The translations under genes were made by a program, and so were the position numbers. A stretch of 44,287 nt of DNA from Solirubrobacteraceae bacterium (GTDB lineage: Bacteria; Actinomycetota; Thermoleophilia; Solirubrobacterales; Solirubrobacteraceae). Where the stretch lies: positions 1 through 44,287 of the forward strand of contig JBOGYT010000037.1 in the NCBI GenBank assembly GCA_050696955.1, written 5' to 3'. Shown here one piece after another: positions 37,469 to 44,287 of this stretch (the stretch's first letter is position 1; each line of letters starts with the position of its first letter). The notes under the pieces were generated by a model. The model was given only the letters and a program-made list of their open reading frames with translations. It was not told the DNA's origin and made no database searches.

Positions 37469-38974
37469 ATGACGGAATCTCCCGGCACGACGGACCTGCG
37501 CGCCCGCGTGCTGGGAGGAATGGCCTGGACCGGGGCGTCGCAGATCGTCGCGCAGCTCACCCGTCTGGTCGTGGCGCTGGTGGTCGCGCGGCTGCTCGGC
37601 CCCAGCGAGTTCGGGCTCGCCGCCCTGGCGCTCGTGTTCGCGAGCCTCGTGCTCGTGTTCTCCGACCTCGCGCTGGGCGCCGCGATCGTTCAGGCCAAGC
37701 ATCTCAGCGAGGACGATCGCTGCACGGCGTTCTGGATCGCCGTGTTCAGCGGTGTGCTGTTCACGATCGTCGGCGTGCTCATCTCGGGCCCGGTCGCCTC
37801 GCTCTACGGGCAGCCCCACATGCAGCCGCTGCTGGCGGTGCTGTCGCTGAGCTTCCTGCTGACGTCGCTCGGCTCGACGCAGCAGGCGCTGCTGCTGCGG
37901 GACATGAACTTCCGTCGCCTGGAGCTGCTCGTGATGGCCGGTTCGCTGGCGGGTGGCGCGGTCGCCGTGGCGCTCGCGGCCATGGGCACCGGGGCGTGGG
38001 CGATCATCGGTCAGCAGCTCGCGGTGGCGCTGGTGACGACCGCGCTGCTATGGCGCGCAACGAGGTGGCATCCGGCCATGAGGATGTCGCGCGCGAGCTT
38101 CCGCCACCTCGTGAACTTCAGCTCGCCGCTCGTCGGGCACCGGCTGCTGTACTACCTGCACCAGAACGCGGACAACTTCCTCATCGGTCGCGCCTTTGGT
38201 CCCGCGGCACTCGGAGCGTACGCGATCGCCTACAACGTCATGCTCGTTCCCGCGAGCCGGATCGGCGGGCCGATCCAGCGCGTGCTCGCGCCCGCCTTCG
38301 CGCGGATGCAGGACGAGCCGCAGCGCATCGCCATCGCCTGGGCGCGGGTCGGCCGCATCATCGCGACGGTCGCCGTCCCGGCGCTCGCCGGCATCGCGGT
38401 CGTGGCCCCCGACTTCGTCCGCGTCGTCCTGGGCGAGCGATGGGATGCGGCCATCCCGATCATCCAGGTCCTCGCCTGGGTCGGCATCCTGCAGGCGATC
38501 CAGACCGTCAACGTCGACATCCTCGTCGCCCGCGGCCGCACCGCGACGATGTTCCGCTACTCGCTGCTGTTCGTCGCCGCCCACCTCACGGCGTTCATCG
38601 TCGGGCTGCACTGGGGGGTCATCGGCGTCGCCGTCGCCTACGCGATCTCGAGCACGCTCGTCGAGCCCGTGCTCACCGTGCTCACCGCGCGCAACATCGG
38701 CGTATCACCGTTCGTCTTCGTGCGCGCCGTCGCCGGGGTCTTCCAGGCCGCGGCGGTCATGGCCATCGTCGTGCTGCTGGGCCGCTTCGCGCTCGTCGAG
38801 GCCGGGCTCCCCGCCGCGCCGCGGCTCGCGCTGCTCGTCATCCTCGGCCTGGCCGTGTACGTGCCGATGTGCCTGTGGCGCGCCCCCGAGATCCTCGAGG
38901 AGGCACGGTCGCTGCGCGGGCGCTTCGGGCGGCGCCGCGTGATCGTCCCTCCGACCGCCCCCGCCGGGACGTGA
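37469..38974 (+). CDS. MOP-superfamily polysaccharide flippase (Wzx-like), copy 2
   Basis: 501 aa. GASQIVAQLTRLVVALVVARLLGPSEFGLAALALVF is a typical Polysacc_synt N-terminus. About 12-14 TM. Confidence 0.8.
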   Translation: MTESPGTTDLRARVLGGMAWTGASQIVAQLTRLVVALVVARLLGPSEFGLAALALVFASLVLVFSDLALGAAIVQAKHLSEDDRCTAFWIAVFSGVLFTIVGVLISGPVASLYGQPHMQPLLAVLSLSFLLTSLGSTQQALLLRDMNFRRLELLVMAGSLAGGAVAVALAAMGTGAWAIIGQQLAVALVTTALLWRATRWHPAMRMSRASFRHLVNFSSPLVGHRLLYYLHQNADNFLIGRAFGPAALGAYAIAYNVMLVPASRIGGPIQRVLAPAFARMQDEPQRIAIAWARVGRIIATVAVPALAGIAVVAPDFVRVVLGERWDAAIPIIQVLAWVGILQAIQTVNVDILVARGRTATMFRYSLLFVAAHLTAFIVGLHWGVIGVAVAYAISSTLVEPVLTVLTARNIGVSPFVFVRAVAGVFQAAAVMAIVVLLGRFALVEAGLPAAPRLALLVILGLAVYVPMCLWRAPEILEEARSLRGRFGRRRVIVPPTAPAGT

Positions 38975-39924
38975 GCCCCCCGATCGACGTGGCGGTCGTC
39001 GTGGCGACGCGCGACCGCGCCGGACGCCTGGCCCAGCTGCTCGACGCGCTCGAGCGCCAGACGCTCGCGAGCGAGCGGATGGAGGTCGTCGTCGTCGACG
39101 ACGGCTCCTCGGACGGGACCGGCGAGCTGCTGGCGGAGCGTGCCGACGGTCCCCTGCCGCTGCGGTGGGTCAGTCAGCCGCAGTCGCGCGGCCCGGCCGC
39201 GGCACGCAACCGCGGCTGGCGGATGACGACCGCGCCGCTAATCGCGTTCACCGACGACGACTGCGTGCCGGCGGAGGGCTGGCTCGAGGCGCTGCTGACG
39301 CTCGCCGCCGCCCGTCCCCAGGCCGTCGTGCAGGGCTGCACGCTGCCCAACCCGGCGGAGCTCGAAGGCCTCGACGCGTTCGCAAAGACGCTGACGATCA
39401 CCGGTCCGAGCCCCCACTTCCAGACGTGCAACATCATCTACCCGCGCCCGATCCTCGAACAGCTGGATGGTTTCGACGAAGCGTTTCCGGCGCCGACCGG
39501 CGAGGACACGGACCTCGGCTGGCGGGCGCTCGAGGCAGGCGTGGTTCAGCTGTTCGCGCCCGACGCGCTCGTCTACCACGCGGTGCACTCGCGCCGGCCG
39601 CTGGCGGCGCTGAAGGGAGCATTGCTCGCGACCGAGGATCTGCAGGCCTACAAGCGAAACCCCGCGTTGCGCTCGATCCTGCCCCAGGGCGTGTTCTACG
39701 ACCGCGCTCATCCGCTCCTGCTGCAGGCGCTGTTCGGGGCGTGGCTGGCGACCCGACGCCCGGAGGCGGCGGCCTTCTGCCTGCCGTACCTGCTGAACCT
39801 ACGCTCGCGCTGCAAGGCATCGCGGGCGCCGCTGTCGTCGGCCGCGTACTTCGCGGCGTTCGATGCCCTGCAGATGGCCGCGACGGTGCGCGGAGCCGTC
39901 CGCTACCGGCTGCCGGTGATCTAG
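38971..39924 (+). CDS. GT2 glycosyltransferase
   Basis: The GTG at 38971 overlaps the upstream stop. VAVVVATRDRAGRLAQLLDALERQT...VVVVDDGSSDGT...AFTDDDCVP...GEDTDLGWR. Confidence 0.85.
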   Translation: MSPPIDVAVVVATRDRAGRLAQLLDALERQTLASERMEVVVVDDGSSDGTGELLAERADGPLPLRWVSQPQSRGPAAARNRGWRMTTAPLIAFTDDDCVPAEGWLEALLTLAAARPQAVVQGCTLPNPAELEGLDAFAKTLTITGPSPHFQTCNIIYPRPILEQLDGFDEAFPAPTGEDTDLGWRALEAGVVQLFAPDALVYHAVHSRRPLAALKGALLATEDLQAYKRNPALRSILPQGVFYDRAHPLLLQALFGAWLATRRPEAAAFCLPYLLNLRSRCKASRAPLSSAAYFAAFDALQMAATVRGAVRYRLPVI

Positions 39925-39976
39925 TGGGTCGACCATGAACGTTTCGCCCGAAACGCCGGGATGCAGGCCCCGGCGG

Positions 39977-40900
39977 TCACGATCGCGGCGCGCCCCGGCG
40001 CAGCGTCACGCGCAGCCGCTGGCGGTCGCGCAGCAGCCGCACGACGGCACGGTTGGCGTAGCGGGGCTCGCGCGCCAGTGCCGCCGCGGCGTACCCCCAG
40101 AGCATCGCCACCGCCGTCGGCTGCCGACGCGCTCGGTAGAACGCGCGCATCGCCAGGTAGCTCGGCCGGTAGCCCATGTACCACGATGCGCGACCGAGGG
40201 CGGCGCCCTGGTGCAGCGAGCTGTGCTCGCGGCCGCCCTCCGGCCGGTGATGACGGAACGGCAGGTCGACGAACGTCTCGGTGCGCATCCCGCGCACGTG
40301 CGCGAGCAGCTCGTCCAGGCCGTCCCAGCCCATCCGAGGCTCGAGGCCGAAGATGTCCTCGACGCATTCCCAGCGATATGCGCGCGAAGCGCCCCAGACG
40401 GTCGTGTCGGCCTTCGTACGCCGGACCCACTCGCCGCCCTCCGGCTCATGACACGTGCCGCTCGCGATCCCGAGCGCCGGATCGGCCGCGAACCGGGCCA
40501 TCAGCCGCTCGCAGTAGTCGGCGTCGAAGTCGACGTCGGCGTCGAGCTTCATGACGACGTCGACCGGCTCGTCCAGTGCCGTGATCCCGAGCCGGAAGCT
40601 GACCAGATCGCGACCCTCGCGACGGCCGGCCGCCACGCCGCGGCCCTCGTCGCTGCCGCGATCCACGGGCTTGATCCAGGCGTGCTTGCGAGCGAGATCG
40701 GCGAGCAGGTCCGCGGTCCGGTCGCGCGAGCCGTCGTCGACGATGATCCACGCACTCGGAAGCAGCGTCTGGCGCTCGAGTGCCGCCGCCAAGCGGGGCA
40801 GATTGCCCTCCTCGTCGCGCACAGGGGTGATGAGCGCGTAGGTCCGCGGGACGTTCGAGAGGGGCGTCGCGGCGGCGGACGATGCGCTGGCCATGGTCAC
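39977..40900 (-). CDS. GT2 glycosyltransferase
   Basis: ALITPVRDEEGNLPRLAAALERQTLLPSAWIIVDDGSRDRT...KLDADVDF. The start lies 3 nt after the upstream stop. Confidence 0.8.
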   Translation of the reverse strand: MTMASASSAAATPLSNVPRTYALITPVRDEEGNLPRLAAALERQTLLPSAWIIVDDGSRDRTADLLADLARKHAWIKPVDRGSDEGRGVAAGRREGRDLVSFRLGITALDEPVDVVMKLDADVDFDADYCERLMARFAADPALGIASGTCHEPEGGEWVRRTKADTTVWGASRAYRWECVEDIFGLEPRMGWDGLDELLAHVRGMRTETFVDLPFRHHRPEGGREHSSLHQGAALGRASWYMGYRPSYLAMRAFYRARRQPTAVAMLWGYAAAALAREPRYANRAVVRLLRDRQRLRVTLRRGAPRS

Positions 40901-40903
40901 CGT

Positions 40904-41920
40904 TCAGGCCGGCCGCGACCGGGTCGGACGATGGGACGTTCCGCTGACCAGCGCGGCGAGCGCGCGCAGGTGGCCGCGGCGTGCGGCGGGCCGCCCGACG
41001 TTCGCGAGCGCGTGCGTTGCGTGGCCGAGCGCCACGCCGATGGCTTCGACGAGCGCGGCGAGCACGCCCGAATGCTTGCGTGCGTAGAGCACGCGGCTGC
41101 GGGCATGGACGGCGAGCAGCTCGTCGCGCGAGCTGGAGACTCCGCCTTCATGACGGACGGTGGCGCGCGGTTCGTAGCGGATGTCCCAGCCGGCCGCGCG
41201 CACGCGCGCACACAGATCGGTGTCCTCGCAGTACAGAAAGAAGCGCTCGTCCATGGGGCCGATGGCGTCAAGCGCGGCGCGCCGCACGAGCAAGCATGCG
41301 CCCGACACCCACTCGGGAGAGCCTGCGACGCCGTAGGTCGCGGGATCGCGGATGAACTCGTCGGTCCACAGCGCGTTCGGCCAGACGCGGTGCAAGAAGA
41401 GCGCCTGGGCGAACGTCGACCGGCGACGCGGGAAGCGCGCCTGGCTCAGGGCAACCGCGCCGTCCTCCTCGACGATCCGCGGGGCGGCGATGGCAACGTC
41501 CGATTCCCGATCGAGCACGGCTACGAGCAGCTCGAGGTCGGAACCAGAGAGCTGGGCGTCGGGGTTCAGGAGCAGGACGTACGGGGCCAGGCCGCGGGCG
41601 ATGCCGATGTTGCATCCGGCGGAGAAGCCGCGGTTGTCGGCGGCGCGAACGACGTCGAGCCCGAGGTGCTCCACGACCTGCGCCGAGTCGTCAGGCGACG
41701 CGTTGTCCACGACGGTGACCTCGACGCCCTCGAGCGTGGTGAACGGAGCGATGCACTGCGCAAGCGTGCGCGCGCTGTTGTAGGCGACGACGACGACCTG
41801 GACACGCGGGTCGGTTCGTGGCACATCGACCGCGGCGAGAGCGTGCGGTGCGGCCTCGTCGACGGCGTGGCGATCGTCGTCAGCCGGGCCGCGATCGCCG
41901 ACCGAAGGGTCCATCCGCAT
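40904..41920 (-). CDS. GT2 glycosyltransferase (rhamnosyltransferase-like), probably leaderless
   Basis: VVVVAYNSARTLAQCI...VVDNASPDDS...DNRGFSAGCNIG...FFLYCEDTDLC. TAGGAT (41927-41932) lies 6 nt upstream of the ATG. Confidence 0.85.
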   Translation of the reverse strand: MRMDPSVGDRGPADDDRHAVDEAAPHALAAVDVPRTDPRVQVVVVAYNSARTLAQCIAPFTTLEGVEVTVVDNASPDDSAQVVEHLGLDVVRAADNRGFSAGCNIGIARGLAPYVLLLNPDAQLSGSDLELLVAVLDRESDVAIAAPRIVEEDGAVALSQARFPRRRSTFAQALFLHRVWPNALWTDEFIRDPATYGVAGSPEWVSGACLLVRRAALDAIGPMDERFFLYCEDTDLCARVRAAGWDIRYEPRATVRHEGGVSSSRDELLAVHARSRVLYARKHSGVLAALVEAIGVALGHATHALANVGRPAARRGHLRALAALVSGTSHRPTRSRPA

Positions 41921-41926
41921 GGCGAG

Positions 41927-41971
41927 ATCCTAGCCAGCGCCCGCCGCGGACGGCCTAACCGACCGGCCAGT
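41927..41971 (-). promoter_or_regulatory. Promoter with the 17-nt motif (copy 2)
   Basis: Minus strand: ACTGGCCGGTCGGTTAG (plus 41955-41971), N22, TAGGAT, N6, ATG 41920. Confidence 0.5.
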
Positions 41972-41983
41972 TGCGCACCGGCC

Positions 41984-43888
41984 TCACGCTACCTGCGCCC
42001 GGTCGTCGACTTCGGCGAACGCGCGATCGAGGTAACCGTCGAGCCAGAGCTCGAGCATGATGAGCGACAAAAGAAGCGGCGCGTGGCGGCTGTCGCCCGC
42101 GCGCCAGCCGCCGATCGCCTGATCGACCACGGCGCGGTCGATGATGCGGGTGTACGCCGGCTCGCCGCTTTGCAGGACATCGGTGACGGTCGCACCCCCG
42201 GACGCTCGCAACCACGGCCCCACCGCCTCGTTGAAGAAGCCGCGCTTGCGCTTGTGCAACACGAACTCCGGTACGAGCTCCTTCGCGGCGAGGCGGAGCA
42301 CATGCTTTCCCTGCAGGCGCCGCACCTTCGCCCCCGCCGGGATCCGTGCGCAGAGCTCGACGAACTTGTGATCGAGGAACGGCACGCGGACCTCGAGCGA
42401 GCACGCCATCGACGCCCGGTCGAAGTACGTGAGCATGTCGTCCACCAGCCCCAGCCGCGCATCGAGGTACAGCGCCGCCTCGAGCGGCGCCGCGCTCGGA
42501 ATCCGCCGGTGATGGCCGCTGACGACGGCGCGCGCGGCGTCGGCGTGCTCCGCGAGCGCGCCGGAGAACAACCCGGCACGCAGCTCCGGCTGCACGAGTC
42601 CGGCTGAGGCCAGCAGGCGGGACACCGGATCGCGAGCCTGCAGCGCGGTCGCCAGCCGCTGCGCCCGACCCGGCCCGCGCGCGAGCAGCGCGCCGGCGCC
42701 GACGGTCAGCCCCCGCGGGATCCGCTGCCAATACGCTGCCGCGGAGGCCACGCGATGTTTGCGGTATCCGCCAAACAGCTCGTCCGCGCCCTGGCCGCTG
42801 AGCGCGACCGTGACCATGCTGGAGGCCAGCTCGCAGAGCCCCAGGAAGCCGAGCGATGACAGGTCGGCGAGGGGCTCGTCGAGGTGCCAGACGAGCCGTG
42901 CCAGATCGTCGGCGTTGCTCGACAGCGCCACCTCGAGCTCGTGATGATCGGCGCCGCAGTGCTCCGCCACGCGGCGGGCGTCCGGCAGCTCGGAGTCCTC
43001 GCCGGTGAATCCGACCGCGAACGTCTTCACGGGCTGGCTCATGTGGCGCGCCATGAGCGCGACGATCAGGCTCGAGTCCAGCCCGCCGCTCAGCATGGCG
43101 CCGAGCGGGACGTCGCTCATGAGCCGCATCCGGACCGAGTCGTCGAGCGCGGCGAGCACGATCTCCGCCCACTCCTCCGGCCGACGGTGCTCGGGATCGG
43201 GATCAGGCGCGGGGTAGTCCCAGTAGCGCTCGGTCCACGCCTCGCCATTGTCGACGACCAGCCGCTCGCCGGGATTGAGCTTCTGTACGCCCGCCAGCGG
43301 GGTGAGCGGGCTCGGCACGAAACCGAGCGTGAGGTAGGCGGCGATCGCCTCGCTGTCGAGCTCGCGGTCGATCAGCCCGCTGGCGATGAGGCACTTCAGC
43401 TCCGAGCCGAAGACCACGATGTCCCCACGGCGCGCCCAGTACAGCGGCTTGATCCCCAGCCGGTCACGGATGAGCACCCCGCGCCTGCGCTCTGCGTCCC
43501 AGACGGCCAGCGCGAACATGCCGCGCAGATGCTCGGCGAGCGCGGGGCCGTGCTCCTCGTAGAGATGTGGGAGGACCTCGGTGTCGCAGCGGCTGCGCAG
43601 CACGTGACCGCCGGCTCTCAGCTCGTCCCGAAGCGCCCCGTGGTTGTAGATCTCGCCGTTCTGGGCGGCCCAGATCTGCCCGTGCTCGTTGGCAAACGGC
43701 TGGTGACCGCCGGCGACATCGATGATCGACAGGCGCCGCGCACCCAGCGAGCCACCCTCCACCGAGACGTAGCCGGCGTCGTCGGGGCCGCGGTAGGCGA
43801 TGAGGTCGGTCATCCGCCGTAGAACGCGCTCCGGCAGAGGAGGTGCCGGCTCACCGTCCAGGCGAAACGCACCCGCGATTCCGCACAT
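41984..43888 (-). CDS. asnB: Asparagine synthase (glutamine-hydrolysing) family amidotransferase
   Basis: The MCGIAGAF N-terminal nucleophile Cys2 is present. SGGLDSS PP-loop present. 634 aa. Confidence 0.92.
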   Translation of the reverse strand: MCGIAGAFRLDGEPAPPLPERVLRRMTDLIAYRGPDDAGYVSVEGGSLGARRLSIIDVAGGHQPFANEHGQIWAAQNGEIYNHGALRDELRAGGHVLRSRCDTEVLPHLYEEHGPALAEHLRGMFALAVWDAERRRGVLIRDRLGIKPLYWARRGDIVVFGSELKCLIASGLIDRELDSEAIAAYLTLGFVPSPLTPLAGVQKLNPGERLVVDNGEAWTERYWDYPAPDPDPEHRRPEEWAEIVLAALDDSVRMRLMSDVPLGAMLSGGLDSSLIVALMARHMSQPVKTFAVGFTGEDSELPDARRVAEHCGADHHELEVALSSNADDLARLVWHLDEPLADLSSLGFLGLCELASSMVTVALSGQGADELFGGYRKHRVASAAAYWQRIPRGLTVGAGALLARGPGRAQRLATALQARDPVSRLLASAGLVQPELRAGLFSGALAEHADAARAVVSGHHRRIPSAAPLEAALYLDARLGLVDDMLTYFDRASMACSLEVRVPFLDHKFVELCARIPAGAKVRRLQGKHVLRLAAKELVPEFVLHKRKRGFFNEAVGPWLRASGGATVTDVLQSGEPAYTRIIDRAVVDQAIGGWRAGDSRHAPLLLSLIMLELWLDGYLDRAFAEVDDRAQVA

Positions 43889-43891
43889 GAC

Positions 43892-43945
43892 CTATGCGTC
43901 GCCCAGGTGGGGACGGCGATTGGAGCGGTCTGCCGGCGAGCTCAT
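43892..43945 (-). CDS. Candidate leaderless 17-codon upstream ORF ending 3 nt before the asnB start
   Basis: ATG agc tcg ccg gca gac cgc tcc aat cgc cgt ccc cac ctg ggc gac gca TAG gtc ATG(asnB). The start lies 8 nt downstream of a TAnnnT hexamer. Confidence 0.25.
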   Translation of the reverse strand: MSSPADRSNRRPHLGDA

Positions 43946-43953
43946 GGGCCGGA

Positions 43954-43998
43954 ACGGTATTGGAGCCGTAGGCCCGGACGGCTACCCGTCCGTCCAGT
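43954..43998 (-). promoter_or_regulatory. Promoter with the 17-nt motif (copy 3)
   Basis: Minus strand: ACTGGACGGACGGGTAG (plus 43982-43998), N22, TACCGT (43954-43959), N8, ATG 43945. Confidence 0.45.
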
Positions 43999-44173
43999 CG
44001 TGAGCCCCCGCTGCGCGGCGCCGTGCGCGCACGCGTCGATCATCCGTCCACGATTACGCGCCCTATGCGTCCATTGGCATGTGACGTGCTCCCGCCGCCG
44101 GTGCAGCAGTCCGAATTGAGGAGTGGCTCCCGCCCCGGGGGTCGGCCCCCACTACTCGACCTCGGAGCCAGGG

Positions 44174-44287
44174 ATGCACTCGGAGATACTGACGGCACGG
44201 ACGGCATGCACCATCGACGAGCGGACGCGCGGGTGTGCGCGTCGGTCTATTCGCAATCGCGTTGTGGCGGCGGTGTCGCTGGCGTTG
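44174..44287 (+). CDS. Possible 5' end of an ORF running off the window (unknown product)
   Basis: The ATG at 44174 follows GGAGCCAGGG. Only 38 codons are visible (MHSEILTARTACTIDERTRGCARRSIRNRVVAAVSLAL), too few to classify. Confidence 0.25.
   Translation, partial: MHSEILTARTACTIDERTRGCARRSIRNRVVAAVSLAL

Overview
Very GC-rich, actinobacterial-type chromosomal segment. Codon third positions are almost all G/C. The EF-Tu and r-protein sequences look like deep-branching Actinobacteria such as Thermoleophilia, but I could not verify this without a search. The window has three parts.

(1) Bases 1-6204, minus strand: a canonical S10 ribosomal-protein operon preceded by tuf, in the order tuf-rpsJ-rplC-rplD-rplW-rplB-rpsS-rplV-rpsC. 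It has two oddities. A 190-nt structured spacer sits between rpsJ and rplC. L22 carries a long low-complexity N-terminal extension.

(2) Bases 6.2-16.3 kb: fusA and tuf are not adjacent, and no rpsL/rpsG lies upstream of fusA. About 7.8 kb of accessory and decayed genes sits between them: a MarR/nucleotidyltransferase chimera, vapBC, a DUF1326-DUF2182 pair, an internally deleted IS1182-like element with recognisable inverted repeats, a secreted hypothetical, a small ABM-like protein, a decayed hicAB, a VOC/glyoxalase and a frameshifted F420-type nitroreductase. Both tuf and fusA are preceded by paralogous copies of the same leader: an extended -10 promoter followed by a conserved ~75-nt structured RNA with a terminator-like hairpin. 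This is my top candidate for something undescribed.

(3) Bases 16.3-44.3 kb: a ~27 kb cell-surface glycan or glycoprotein locus. It encodes a nucleotide-sugar dehydrogenase, a LuxR-type regulator, a priming phosphoglycosyl transferase, an ArnC/ArnT-like lipid-carrier module, two MOP flippases, WecB, an FAD oxidoreductase, Wzz, a Wzy/O-antigen-ligase family protein, five further glycosyltransferases (GTs), an acetyltransferase and AsnB. A 1593-aa secreted protein (FN3 / Ig-like repeats / DUF4082) is embedded in the middle. Three minus-strand promoters in this locus share a 17-nt motif at a fixed 22-nt distance from a -10 hexamer, and they appear to drive leaderless transcripts.

I saw no rRNA, tRNA or CRISPR array. 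Many long ORFs in the track are GC-driven antisense artefacts.
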